64,000 nt of DNA from Callorhinchus milii (GCF_018977255.1 NW_024704742.1:42782001-42846000); one strand, 5' to 3'; shown: positions 1 through 13,263, counted from the stretch's first letter. Numbers and translations are program-made. The notes: generated by a model from the sequence alone, not told the origin.

Positions 1-1721
1 ACCCCCCTTGTTGTAAGTGATCAGGTGATGGTCTGTAAAGCTATTTTATCTTAAAATTCAGGATCTCTCAGAATTATGGAAGATTCTTACATTTTGAAAC
101 CCATTCTATTTTTAAAAGCTTGCAGAAAAACAGATTCCAAATCAAAACTCAATTTAAGAATTTTCCACCTTTCTGAACCATTGTAAATTTAAAGGACAAT
201 TTGGCCTTACAGGCTATGACGAGTGTCTTAAAATTCAGGATTGAATGGAATTTTGGAACACAATCTTAAGTATAGTCTTCATTTGGAAACCAATTTTCCA
301 TAGTACTCAAAAAAGAAAATTGGTTAAATTGCTGCAAATTAGCTTTCAGACAAAGAATGAATTCAAGATTGCTTTCCAAAGTTCTACACAATCTTTTCAA
401 TTTCCAGTCAAATATTTGGTTCATAGCAGATAATGTAGCTTGCTGTTATTTCCCACATATAATTGCGGTTATCTTGACATAGAAGGCTTAAAAAGTACAG
501 CTTTAAAATAAGTTTGTACTTTATTGAATTCAATCTAAATATACAAGGCAAAAGGGTCACAGAGATGATATCGACAGTTCACTTATATAAATTATATAAA
601 TCTGAGATAGCCACTGGATGTAAGCTAATTAAAGTGGCGTGTCAGAACTGAAGTGGTAATTGGTCTTGTCAACTGAATTGTACCTCTGATAAAATTCCAC
701 TAGACTTAAAACAAACAAATCATGCCAAATCCACCAGAAGGTACAGTTATTCAATTCATCAAACCACCCACATTTTTCAAGCAACAACTTTCTCTTCATG
801 GACACTTTCATGCAACCGTGTCTCAATGTCAGCACACAAAGTCAGGATTGGCACTGGCTCTGCTTTGTGTGCCTGGACACACAATTACCAATCAACAAAA
901 TGTGAGATTGGACAGTGCATCGCTTTCAGAGTTCAGCATTAGCTAAGCTCACAGGAGAGCCCACCAATGAAAAACACACAGCATTAAACACTCCTGAAAA
1001 GACAAAACAAATGATATTTCACAGAAAATGAAAGTTGTTACTTTTAAAGCAAACAAAAACCTCACTATCGCATGAAAGACTCCTCCACAAACTGTAGTCA
1101 CTGGGTATCAAGGGTACGTCATGGGCGTGGTTTCAGAATTTTTTTTTCATATTTTTTGTTATATCCTATGAATGATGCAAATGATTAATCTATCAAAAGC
1201 AGCAGTGTTTATACTTTAAATGAGAACTCCACTCATCCTAATCCTCTCACATTAACCCTCCCACATACCCCTCTATTGCTTTCTCTCATTTTGCAGGTTT
1301 TGGTGCTATAAGTAAGGATCATGCTATAATAAATACAAGTAAGCTTAAAATACATTTTGTTAAACGCTAGAAGCTTGAAAAATAAAACAAGTTTTATGAA
1401 ACAATGACACTGGATCCGATCAATGAAATTAAACGGCTGAAAGAAAAGCTACGCTCTAGGGCTGGGCCGAAAAATCTATTAAAACAATGATCTGATTTAG
1501 GAATCTGGCATCAGGTACACTATTCTTATGCTGCTCATGCTTGCTTGAACATGCAGCTTTACTTTTTATTTCCTCACTTTTTAAAGTTGTTTCTATATCC
1601 TCTTAAGCGCTATATCAAAAGCAAGGATTATTATTATTATTATTAACAGGGACTTTTTGTTCAGTAAGGTGTGTCTGATAATGCGAGAAACTATTGGAAA
1701 GATTATTCAAACCAACAGGAA

Positions 1722-1870
1722 ACAGCAATAAATTATATTTGTATAGCACCTTTCTCGTCGGGAGGACATCTCAAGACACTGGACAGTTAGGGATTTGGAC
1801 CCGAGTAGGGGGTTGGAATTAGGAGGGGTGGAGGGCAAAGAGAGTAGGGATAGGAGGATGACCAAAACCA
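1722..1870 (-). mobile_element. L2 LINE 3' tail fragment (5'-truncated)
   Basis: AAATTATATTTGTATAGCACCTTTCTCGTCGGGAGGACATCTCAAG is the reverse complement of the L2 3' end seen on the longer copies at 20473 and 63490. Confidence 0.75.
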
Positions 1871-1872
1871 GA

Positions 1873-2395
1873 CAGAGTTCCACATATGTATGCCACCTAT
1901 ACATGGAAATTTTCCTTAGTCTGCAATGGAATGCGGACTCTCCCTGGAGAAATGTACCCTGCTTACCTAATTCCAGAAAGGACTGTATTGGACACAAGTA
2001 GGCGAGAGACTAGATTTAGGGACACCAGAATGTGTGTTGGGTTCCTGCTGGAGTTTAACTTGTTGAAATCGCATTCCTTGCAAACATTGACTGATAAGCT
2101 TCCCACTGCTTATCCAACTAAGAACACTCTGCCCACTGAGGCTTTGGTTTGCAGGGTTAACAGAAGCCTAGAGGGAATAACCCAGGCCCACTATGGATTG
2201 GTTTGTCTTTCTCCAAGTCCTGCCAATGATCCAGGCTGACCATTCTGCCTTAGCAGTATCCTGAAGTACTGCGGACATGCCTGGTTCAGGAACTGGACTA
2301 TGGAGAATGCCATGGACTAGATTGAGTCAAATTGAATATTTTGTTGTCAAACACTTCACTTTGGAGCCAGCTCAGCCTCAATGAGGCACTGTTTA
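1873..2395. repeat. Unclassified old interspersed repeat, copy 1
   Basis: Aligns by eye to the reverse complement of 44418-44955 and 16812-17060 (shared blocks GGGTTAACAGAAGC, CCAAGTYCTGC, CAGGAACTGGACTA, TGTATGCCAYCTAYACATGGAAAT). Confidence 0.7.
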
Positions 2396-3361
2396 GCACT
2401 GAGCTCTCAGCAGTGCCTGTGTTCAAAACAAACTGGCAGATGGCACTAAGCATCATTTTCGCTCAAGTGATTCTCCATCCAACACTGCATTCTAACCATT
2501 ATTGTGGCCATACACAACATCCTCCATAAGACCAATGCTGCATAGAGCACTCCAGCTATATTGGTTATAGAGCTCTCTATAACCAATGTGTTGCTGTACA
2601 CCAATATTCAATTTACTCTAATTCAACAAATAATTGAATACTTCAAATTTACTACGCTATTCACTGGAATAATGGTTTGAATAGTTTTTCCACAATGACC
2701 CCTAAATCCTTTTCTTGATCAGCAATAAATGACTGTGCCTTTCTATAAATGCTACCTGATTTCGTTTTCTTATCAGCATTAGATATTCTTCATTTAAAAA
2801 TATTTAAAGCATGTTAATTCTCCAGCTGAAATTTACTTGTAGAAGCTGCCAGTTTCTATAGTGACTGAAACTCGGTGTTTACAATATTTTAAAGAAATTA
2901 AATTGATCAAAGCATTGCAAATATGCAAACTCTAGCCTCTTGTAATAGAGATAAGGAGATAAAATCAGAAGGAACACTGAAGGGGAAAAATAATAAAATA
3001 TTATGATAGCATCATGTATCCTCAATCAACCTCAAGTGTCTATCAATCAAGATTCAATTATAATTTACTACTTACCCGGCATAAGATTGATCGAGCAGAG
3101 GAGTCAATTTCTCATTCCTTAGCACAGAAATGCAAAGACTCTCTGCTCTGAATGATTTACACTTGTGCACAAACTGCCATCTAAACCAGCACAAGTGCAA
3201 AAAGTTAAAAGCACACAAAGAAGAGATATCATTTTAACCTGATATACGTTGAATTAAACCACAAAAACACTAGGGGGCTAACTCGCACCGTTATGCAGAA
3301 GGCATGTTACACAAAGCTGGTACTGCCTTGCACTCATGATCGCAGTGTGAGGTGAAGCTAT

Positions 3362-5556
3362 CCCCTGAGACCCTCACAAAGGCCCTCACAACCTCAGATA
3401 TCCTATCCCTCTGGCCTTCCACCGTTCAGCCGTTCAGCTGCTCCATGATCGCCTCTCCTCCACTTCCAACTCCTCATCCCCCTGAAATCCAAGACCATCT
3501 CCAAACCCACCAAATCCCCCTGGTATAACAATCATCTCCACTCCCTAAAAACCCAAACCCGGCTGCTCGAGCTCAGATGGCAGAAAACTGGCCCGACAGT
3601 TCACCGTCAACCGTGGCTCGAGCATCTCCACAGCTACCGACGTTTTTTGACACGCGCAAAAACGGCCTTCTACTCCAACATCATCTTGAAGGCCAAAAAC
3701 AATCCCAAAATCCTTTTTTCCACCACCCACTACCTCCTCCATGCACTCCTCGGGCCTCCTCAACCTTCACATCCAATGCCAAGTGCGAGGAGGTCATGGG
3801 CTTCTTTCCATCCAAAATACACAACATTCGCCAGGCAGCCTCATCGTCCTGCCTCTTGTCACCCACCACCACCACCCCCTCTCCCTCCCTCTCACCCTCC
3901 CCATCATCAGCTCCTACCACGACCCCCATCCTACATTCCTTCCTCCCCATCTCTCCTCCTCCCTCTCACCCACCATCACCTCTATGAAACCCACCACCTG
4001 CTGCCTCGACCCCCTCCCCACCAACTTGCTGGTCACCCAGCTCCCCCTCCTCTGCTCACTACTGGTTGATGACATCAACCAGTCCCTCTCCTCTGAATCA
4101 GTCCCTGCCCCTTTAAAATGGCTGTCATCACCACCCACTTCCTCAAAAAACCTTCCCTAGATCCTTCAAACCCCAGCCACTACCGCCCTATTTCAAACCT
4201 GTCCTAGAACGCGTTGTTGCCAATCAACTTCACGCACACCTCTCCTCCCATTCCCTCTTCAAATTCCTCCAGTCCGGTTTCCGCTCTGTCCACAGTACGA
4301 AGACTGCGCTTGTGAAAATCACAAATGACATCCTCTTTATCTATGACCAGGGCTCCCTCTGCCTCCTTGTCCTCCTGGATCTCTCCGCCACTTTCGACAC
4401 AGTCGATCACACCATCCTCCTCCACCGCCTTTCCTCCGTCATCCACCCCAGTGGGACCGCACTCGCCTGGTTCAAGTCCTGCCTCACAAACCGCCAGCAG
4501 TACATCTGCACAAACGGCTTCTCCTCCCGCTCTCACCCAGTTACCTGTGGGGTACCCCAAGAATCCATCCTTGGCCCCCTCTTTCTGATCTACATGTTCC
4601 CTCTTGGGGATGTCACCTGCAGACATGGGGTATACTTCCAACTATTTTTTCACCTCACTTTGCGACCCCCAGTCCCCTGATGTTCTGTCAGCCTGCCTGT
4701 CAGACCTCAGGAGCTGGATGAGCGTGAATTTCCTTCAGCTGAACGTTGACAAGACAGAAGCCATACTCATCAGTGTCTAAACTCACACAGCTCTCACCTC
4801 CTCCACCTACCCGACCTCCCCCTAAAACTCTCCGAACCCGTACACAACCTAGGCGTCAGGTTCGACCAATTATCCTTCCTCCCCCACATCAGGTCCCTCA
4901 CCAGCACCGCCTTCTTCCACCTCCGACACATCACCCGTCTCCGCCAATACCGCTCTCCGAAAGCCGCTGAAATCCTGGTCCATGCCTTTGACACCTCTCT
5001 GCTGGACTACTCGAACGCCCTCCGCGCAGGTCTCCCATCCATTACCATTCATAAAATCCAGGTCATACAAAACTCTGCCGCCCACATTCTCACCCGCACC
5101 AAACTCCACTCCCCGTTTACCCCAGTCCTTGCCAGACTGCAATGGCTGCCTGTCCCAGAGAGGATCGACTTTAAGATCCTCACCCTTGTCTTCAAATCCC
5201 TCCACTCCTCTGCACCTCCTACCTCTCTGACCTCCTCTCTCCTCACAACAATGCCCGCTGACTTCGCTCCACCGGGTCTGGCCTCCTCCTTGTCCCTCGA
5301 GTCCTCCGCTCCACCATCTCGGCCTTGCCTTCAGCCACTACGCCCCGAGGCTCTGGAACTCCCTTCCTCCCTCTCCTCGCTCGCCCCCTCTCTTCCCACT
5401 TTCAGGTCTCAGCTGAAGAGTTTTCTTTTCAACCACGCCTATGGTCACCTTCCTCCCCCTCCCCCTGGCTCGGTCCCGGGATCCATTACTGTGAAGCCTT
5501 TGAGACACCGTCCGGAGGGCGCTATATAAATCCAAGTTGTTGCTGTTGTTGTTGTT
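3362..5556 (+). mobile_element. L2 LINE, 5'-truncated, degraded ORF2 (RT region) plus 3' UTR
   Basis: Translations include LLVLLDLSATFDTVDHTILLHRL, GVPQESILGPL and KNNPKILFST. Ends GAGACACCGTCCGGAGGGCGCTATATAAATCCAAG(TTG)n. Multiple frameshifts. Confidence 0.93.
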
Positions 5557-5861
5557 CAGAATTCTCAAGGCTACAAAGCAATATATGCTGAATTGTTTAT
5601 CACAGACTGATACTAGGAGCACAATCTATTCTTGAGAATGAGACTGATTTCCAACATAAGTAGTCCTGGAATTCCTCTATTAAAATTGCAAAAATGCAAG
5701 GTAATCATTTTCATTCCATTATGCAGATAGCACAGAGTGTTCTGCTTTCAGCCGTCTTATTCCGTTTCAGCCATAACATTTATGCTGCAGTCAAAAGTGA
5801 TTTCTGTGTCCAGATGTTCCTCTCTTCAGATCTTTCTCCCAGAAATCATTGTGCTCAAAGA

Positions 5862-6160
5862 CTCACAACAACATCTATTTATATAGCTCTCTTCATGCAG
5901 TCGCAGAGCTTGATGGACACGTCAGGGGCAGTGGGGAGGTGACCGTAGGCACGGTCGAAGAGGAATGTCTTCAAGTGCGAACTGAAAATGGACAAAGAGG
6001 GGGCAAGGCGGAGGGATTGAGTCAGAGTTCGAGTCACTGAAAGCACAGCTGCTGATCGTGGAGCAGAACGGACGAGGGTTGGACAGGAGGCTGGAGCTAG
6101 CTGAGCAAAGGAGCTGGTAGAGGAGTGGGAGTTAAGCAGATCAGAGAGGTAGAGAGATGC
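5862..6160 (-). mobile_element. L2 LINE 3' fragment
   Basis: (CAA)n followed by TTTATATAGCTCT...GCACGGTCGAAGAGGAATGTCTTCAAG, matching the reverse complement of the L2 3' end. Confidence 0.7.
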
Positions 6161-7829
6161 CAGTCATTTGGCTAGATGTTGTGGTTCCTGTTGTGGCTCC
6201 TTTTCCGAACCATGTGTTAGACTTATGGGAAAAATAAATAGTCTGACTGTGAATCTGTTGGCCAATCATTATTTAGATTCAGTATGTGCTAACTTTCCCC
6301 CAGAAACCCACTTCACTTTTGCTGGTGCTGTAACCTCCTGTTTATCTGCAAACCCATACTACCTCAAACTGTTACCTTCCACTCAACTACTCTAGTGGAA
6401 TTGCCTGGTGCGATAACAGTGGCAATTTCATAATTACCAAGGATGTGTACCTCCTTGGCTTAAGGAGGTAAAATGTGGCTCAACTGTGCCAATGGTATTA
6501 CTTTGGATACTGATCTGGATAATATTGCTCTTTTCCGCAGACTGATAAAGTTATCACAGAATGAAATGAGAACCTTTTTTTTGGTACAAATAAACATCTA
6601 ACAGGCAAAATAAATAGTCTAACAGCCCATTTGTTTTGTTTAAATTGTCCACAGAGCTGTACTGCTGTAAAACTAACAGTATGTAATGAACTGCCTTAAG
6701 GGCTAACGTCTCATTTATAAATCTGTATCAAACCACTTTCAAACACATTCCCTCCTGGTAGGACCACCTAACCAAATGCCTTAAGCTCTTCCCTGATGCT
6801 TACCATGGCTCCTGCCCATGGCAAAGTTATTTGTGAAGCACTTAATGGTTTCTGAGTAGAACAGGACCTCAGGGAAAAGTACTGTAAAATTAACATGCGT
6901 GCTTATTCTGTCCATAGAATGTTACAACCTAAAAAATAATCATTCAATGCATCAGGTCTACACTGGTGTTTTTCTCCATGAGAGTCACATCATCAGACAT
7001 TTCTGTTCACTCCTCATACCCATGGATATTGATTTTCAAGTATCTATCTGGTGGTTTGCTGGTACAGGTTAGTATTTTGTATTTTTTTAAAAATACTGAG
7101 CTTCTATTATGTTGCAGAGAAGCCATTGCATTGAGTGCTTCAAACCTGCTTCAAATGCAGAAGGGTCTGAGGCAGTGGGGAGTGAGACATCAGTCCTTAT
7201 GCTTTTTGTCACTTCCAGTGAGCTAACTTTTGATTAACTTTACAGCAGTAGAAAAACAGTAGTTACCTATAGTCAAGTTTTGGAAAATCATGGAAATGCT
7301 GAGCCTCATTTTGAAATTGCCAGATCACGCCAACAGCAGTAAAGAAACCCACAAGGCACTTCAGTTTGTCTTTGAATTCCAATTATGCTGTATTCAACAA
7401 AATTCAGAAAATGCACTGTTTTGTTTCTTTAACTTTAAATGACAAGGTGCTTAATCATTTTAAGAATATATCAAAGAAAATCACTATAGCACTATCCAAC
7501 ATGATTATAATATCATGGAAAACAAAAGGTATATTTTGGGTTTTACTTAAACAGCAATAATGAATGGTTACACAAAGAGTAGGCTAGAATTGAAGGCAGA
7601 CAGCTTGACTGAAGGAGACTGGTGAGCTCACTTTTTAATCACCGTGTATATTCTTAATTGTCTATTGCAGTCTCATGCATTCCCCATGGTTTCATTGAAG
7701 GACAACTAGCAATGAAACTTAAGTATTCAATTGAAGTATCATTGATTTAACGGTGTGACAGTGGTACGGGTTATTGCAATAACTGGGATTTTCAAACAGG
7801 TAATTCTGTGTATTTCTTCACAATGGTAT

Positions 7830-8040
7830 TTTCGATAATAGGTTAATCCAAGGCCCTGTCTGCCTGTTCAGTGAGTTTTACTTCATATCAGTTTGTGGGA
7901 AATTGCTAAGCACAAGCTAGCTGCTGTGTTTACCCCAAACACACTGTCATTCCTCTTTATAATATCCTGTCAAGTGCTTTGAGACATCCTGCTGCCCTGA
8001 AAGGCACTATACCAAATGCAAGGATTATCATTAATAATCA
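7830..8040 (+). mobile_element. Degenerate Deu-domain SINE fragment with L2-type tail
   Basis: GGCCCTGTCTGCCTGTTCAG and GTTTGTGGGAAATTGCT...GCTGCTGTGTTT, ending AAATGCAAGGATTATCATT. Confidence 0.6.
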
Positions 8041-10004
8041 CTGCTGAGTCAGATTTGGCATCCATTAAAAGTATATCAAATTTTCTTCCGCATGGTTAGT
8101 GTTCTGGATTAAAAACCATCAGGAGCAGAGACTACCTTCCAACATATACCGACTAGAAGCTTTGCAACTGCATAAGAGGAGACTCTTATCCACTATTTAG
8201 AACTTGATTCACCTGTTTATCAGAGCTGAGATGCACAGTTTTCCCCTTATCTAACATTTATTTTCCTGTGATTTATTTTGTGTTTTGTGCACCTCCAAAC
8301 CATCCTATGACAAAACTCATTCAACTTAGTGCTCTGATTGGATGATGATCGGTTCCACATTTTCAGAACTTTTCATTTCAAGAATGGCTGCTTGAATTTC
8401 TTATTACATTATTTTTTTCAATGTGTAAGATATTACGTGGGGTATTAGAAATGAACAATAATGGTGCTGCAGACTCATCTTTCCAATGCAAAATATTCCA
8501 AACCATCACATCCATCCACACCAGATTCCACTGGCTCGGCTCCCTAACCCCAAGTGGATCAAATGAAACATTCCAATACAATGTTGTCTGCAAGAATAGA
8601 AATGCATTTTAACAACAACAAATTACATGTTTCTCTTTGGGAGGATATCCCAAGGTGTTGAATAGACAAGGACTTGCACCCGAGCTGGTGGTTCAGATCA
8701 AGAGGGATGGAGGGTGGAAAGCCACAATCTTTACAAAATAGGTGCTTCACTTTTCAGATGGGGGCTAGTGATAGCAGGATTGTTGTGCCTTTATCCTCTA
8801 CCAACCTCATTTTATTTTATAGTGTAAACTGCTTTTCAAAACCTATTGCCTTTTCTTTTGACACTTCTTCATATGAGTTGTTGCCATATCAATCTTAGAG
8901 ACTTTGCGACATTGTTACTTTAAGTTTCAGGTTAAAAATCATACTTTCGCCTCAGGTAGAAAAATAAGGGTGATGAAACTTTTGAAACACAAAAATCACT
9001 GCAGTGTAAATTGATTTTTTTCTGCTGGGCAGAAATTGGTCTTACGTATATCTCATTGTGAGCTGCAATATAACCAGCAGTATCCTGAAACCCCATCAAG
9101 TGATTTTGGTGTTCCACACAATTGGAATCGCATTGGAATCTGCAANTTTTTTTATCGCATTCAATTTATAATGATTGACTGCAGGATAAACAGAACCTGC
9201 CATATTGTTAGGCAGTACAGTGCATTGAGACCAGAGGAGGAAATGCAATTCGATTTGCAGCCCAATGAAACCAGACAACGCTCGTTACAGAAAGAATAAA
9301 AAACAGTTAAGGTCAAATTATCAAAGTGACAAGTGATTGTAAACTTACTAAAATAATGAAGAGGGCATAGGGCTTTACTCATGGTATAAATATATAACTT
9401 GGGTTGGAAATTATGGGGGTGATTTTACATTTGTTGGTAAATTTTCTGGCTTTGGCGTTTGGTAAATTTGACAACAGATAGAAAATTCCACCATACCCCA
9501 TACACAAATTCTTCAACAGATCACTGTAATGCTTCTAATTCCCAGGACAACATATCTATTACTGTGCAGATTAAAATATATTTTGTATTGTGAAAGGTGG
9601 ACATAGGCTAATTTGATATCTTTCTCAATTTACAGTATCTGGCTTCATCAAACGGTTGAATCCCACCCTCATACAACTGTTATTCCAACTTTCTGAACCC
9701 TTTGGCTTCTCAAATAATCATAATTAGATTTTCAAAGTAAATCCTGAATCTTCTTAAGAAGCTGATTTACTTTCAAAAACTGTAATGCTATGTTAATTTT
9801 TATTTGTATTCATAAAAAGGGCCTTGGGATATCTTCCCGACCTGAAAGTCGCTGCGCAAATGTAATTTTGTATTGTATTGTATAAAAGTACCAGCTCAAT
9901 ATTTTGTAAACTTCATTAGATTTCAGCTGAATTTTAGGATTTATTTTCTTCAGACATTTTTTGCTAAAGGAATGTGTGGGGAACTGTGCAAATGCACAAA
10001 TGTA

Positions 10005-10621
10005 CAGTCAAACCTGTTTTCAGCAACCATTCAGGGAACTGGACCAAAGTGGCCTTTATGTAAGGATGGCCTCTGAGTAAAGGTCCATTGGCCGGGCCTG
10101 ACTTTTTTTTATAGACTCTCACTAGACTCCTAGTTCATTTACCAACACCGCTCACTGGTGAGGAGGAAAGCTGTGGGCATCATGCGGGCTGCTCAGAAAT
10201 TGGTAATGCGTTAATAATAAAATAATAATAATCCTTGCACTTGATATAGCGCTTTTCACGTCGGGAGGACGTCCCAAAGCGCTTCACAGAACGCACTGTA
10301 AAGTGAATTGACTGTATATTTGTGGGCGAACGCGGCAGCCAATTGCGCACAGCAATGTCCCACAAACAGTCGTGGATTGAAGTGACCAATTTTATTGTTT
10401 TGGGTTTTGGAGGGATTATTATTACCAGTAAGTATCCTTAAATCCATTTTGAACTGGCTGCTGAAAGAGGTGTCTGTACATCGACAGGGCTAAAAAGAAA
10501 GTGGTCACTAGTTCCGTTAGACAAATCGTTGCTGAATAGAGTTGGTTTAATATGGAAAATCATTTGGGGTTGTCCTGAATTGGTTGTTGACACCAGGTGG
10601 TTGTGAATAAAGGTTTGACTG
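10005..10621. mobile_element. Tc1/mariner (pogo/Tigger-like) non-autonomous DNA transposon
   Basis: Imperfect TIRs CAGTCAAACCTGTTTTCAGCAACCA (left) and TGGTTGTGAATAAAGGTTTGACTG (right), with TA on both flanks. A SINE is nested inside. Confidence 0.75.
10213..10420 (-). mobile_element. tRNA-derived SINE, 3' half, nested in the Tigger-like element
   Basis: (TAA)n-CCTTGCACTTGATATAGCGCTTTTCACGTCGGGAGGACGTCCCAAAGCGC...GGCAGCCAATTGCGCACAGC matches the full-length SINE copies. Confidence 0.9.
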
Positions 10622-10917
10622 TATTTGAAAGCACTGATTTACTGCAGTATCTCAATCTCGTGAAAACACAGCAACAAATCTACGTGAGCAATTTTCAGTG
10701 TTATACATCTTCATAATATACAGAGGAGCTTTAGATCACTGTAAAACACACTCTTCTCATCTCCAACTCCACTATAACCATGATCCAGGTTCATAATAAT
10801 GTAAAAACTTTTTGTTTATTCAGTGATAAAGGGCCACAGCACTCTGCTTGTTAGCAAAATGAATGAATATTATGTGAAATATTAATGAGAATATTCACAA
10901 ATCGTTAAACAATTTCA

Positions 10918-11110
10918 AACAATAACAACTTGCGTTTATATAGTGCTCTTCATGCAGGCTGGTGTCTCAAGAGTGTTGCACAGTGGTATGGTTGGAGGAG
11001 ACCACAGGCATAGTTGAAGAGCTAGGTCTTAAAGCAAGATTTGAACAAAAATCAAGAGGGGAGAGAGTCAGAGGGATTCAGGCAGGGAGTTCCAGAACTT
11101 AGGGGCTTAG
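10918..11110 (-). mobile_element. L2 LINE 3' fragment
   Basis: ACAACTTGCGTTTATATAGTGCT...GGGAGTTCCAGAACTTAGGGGC, the reverse of the L2 LWNSLP region and tail. Confidence 0.65.
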
Positions 11111-11474
11111 TAAAAACTTTACATATAATAAATAAGCAAAGTTTGCAAGGGTGACTATATTGCCCTCGGTCATTTGCATACTTTTCTATACAAGAGAGAA
11201 AAATGAGCATTGCAACATGTATTTTCACTAACAGCAACAGGTGGAGACATGACACTGGTAAGTTTACATGCACTATTTGTAGAAAAATGCAACTGTGATA
11301 AGTTATTGATTTTGTTAATTTTTTTTTACCTGGATAAGATATTAAAGATTGTGCTGCCAGATATTCCATTTAATTACATGCTCCAATTCTGCTCTTGATG
11401 AAAAAGCACTTGAAAAAGCTTCACAAAAAGCCGATGTAATATTGTTCTCCATTTGGTCAGTTGTGTATCTATCT

Positions 11475-12008
11475 GGAGTCCTGTAGCTCAGTGGTTAGAG
11501 CACTCACCTCGCAAGCGGGAGACCTGGATTCGATTCCCTACAGGGCGAAATATTGGGCAAGTTTCCTTACTCTACATGCCAATGTTTACTAGCAGTAAAT
11601 AGGAACCAGTTGTTCATCGATTGACAAATCGCTTTTCCGGGGGTAATAATTCCTCAAGAAAAATAATAATAAATTGGTCACTTCAATCCACAACTGTTTG
11701 TGGGATACTGCTGTGCGCAATTGGCTGCCGCGTTTCGCCCACAAAATATACAACAACATCAACAACAAGATTCCATTTATAGAGCGCCTTTCACGTCGGG
11801 AGGCTCTGTACAGTTGGGTCAGGACCCGAAAATTTTACAGGGCCTTGTTACAGAGGGAGCGGACGTTTTGTAAAGTCAATACAGTCAATTCACGTTTTGT
11901 AAAAGTCAATACAGTCAATTCACTTTACAGTATATTCTGTGAAGCGCTTTGAGACTTCTCGAAGATGTGACGAGGCGCTATATCAAATGCAAGGATTATT
12001 ATTATTAA
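11475..12008 (+). mobile_element. Full-length tRNA-derived SINE (Deu-type 3' core, L2-type tail) interrupted by an antisense L2 tail at about 11751-11865
   Basis: Pol III A box TAGCTCAGTGG and B box GGATTCGATTCC, core GCTGTGCGCAATTGGCTGCCGCGTTT, tail AAATGCAAGG(ATT)n. Confidence 0.92.
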
Positions 12009-12560
12009 TATTGTGTGAAGGGCACCATATATTAAATTCATTTCAAGTTTTAGGATTGAAATAAATTCTGATTAGCCAGTCTGGAGTTAAATATACTCAC
12101 TAACGTTGATTTAACGTCACACATCAAAGAAAATATATTTGAATTATTTATTTTGTAGCTGATTTGTCATTATTTAACTGATGTTTTCTTGTTTTTACAA
12201 TCACTTTGTTTTATTTTAATTTGTTGTGCTAAATAATTCAAGATTTAGAAAAAAAAATGTTCTGTTTATGACTTCATATTCAGATAGCATGTTTCCTATT
12301 ACTCTATTTGCAAACAGTTAATAATATATGTAATACATTTCATATCTCTCTTGGAATAGATTTTGTTTATTGCTTTTCTAATTGTATATGCTCAGCTTGA
12401 GTGATGATTATCTTGGATTAAACTTTGGACCAGTTAAATGTAAAATTGAACTTTGGAGAATGTACCTTAACCCATTCCTCAGAAGAACCACCTGTGCCAA
12501 AAATACTACAACCACTGTTACAATAGCACAATCAACCAACTAAAGGGAAACCTCATTATA

Positions 12561-12955
12561 ATGTGTTTAGAATCTATAATAAAAGATGAAGTAACGAGTC
12601 ATCTGGAGAAGGAGAATATAGTTAAGAGCTTTCTGCCCGCATTGATGGAAAGAATATTATGCTTGACCAAACTTATTGATTTCTTTGAAGGTGTATCCAA
12701 CAAAGTAGATGAGGGATATGCAGTGGATATAGTTTACTTGGCTTTCCAGAAGTCCTTTGATAAAGTGCCACATGAGAGGTTAGTGACTAAAATAGAGGCA
12801 TGTGGAATCATCGGAGAGGTAGCAGAATGGATTAAAGAATGTTAGGAAAGCAAAAGCAAAGGGTAGGAGTTAAGGGTATCTTCTCAGGCTGGCAAGAGGT
12901 AGGAAGTGGTGTTCCACAGGGATCCATGTCAGGACCGCTTCAGTTCACCATATAT
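12561..12955 (+). mobile_element. CR1 LINE ORF2 reverse-transcriptase fragment
   Basis: CLTKLIDFFEGVSNKVDEGYAVDIVYLAFQKSFDKVPHERLV and KQRVGVKGIFSGWQEVGSGVPQGS are typical CR1 RT motifs. Frameshifted. Confidence 0.92.
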
Positions 12956-13263
12956 CTGAGTTTGATTCCCTGTAGGGTAAAATATTGGGCAAGTTTCCTT
13001 ACTTCATACACCTTTGTTTACCTAACAGTAAGTAGGAACCCAGTTGTTAGTGATTGGCAGATTGCTTTACTGGGGGTAATAATTTTTAAAAAATTGGTCA
13101 CTTCAATCCACGACTGTTTGTGGGACACCGCAGTGCACAATTGGTTACCGCGTTTCGCCCACAAAATATAATCAATTCACTTTACAGTATATTCTATGAA
13201 GCACTTTTAGACGTGTAGAACACATGATAAGGCACTATATCAAATGCAAGGATTATTATTACT
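12956..13263 (+). mobile_element. tRNA-derived SINE, 5'-clipped
   Basis: Collinear with the 11475 copy from the B box to the (ATT)n tail. Confidence 0.9.

Noticed and set aside
3068..3082. TACTTACCCGGCA resembling the U1 snRNA 5' end
   Set aside because: Similarity stops after about 13 nt. It is better explained as a minus-strand splice-donor-like motif.
9146..9146. Ambiguous N base (also 33492)
   Set aside because: Assembly ambiguity with no biological meaning. Local structure near these positions should be treated with caution.
11475..11545. tRNA gene (also at about 23500, 45625, 48860, 59252 and 61330)
   Set aside because: A and B boxes are present, but there is no acceptor stem or terminator, and most continue directly into a SINE body. 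These are SINE heads.
11864..11925. 30-bp direct repeats resembling a CRISPR-like array (also 30732-30788)
   Set aside because: Only two adjacent units with no spacers, inside SINEs in eukaryotic DNA. These are local tandem duplications.
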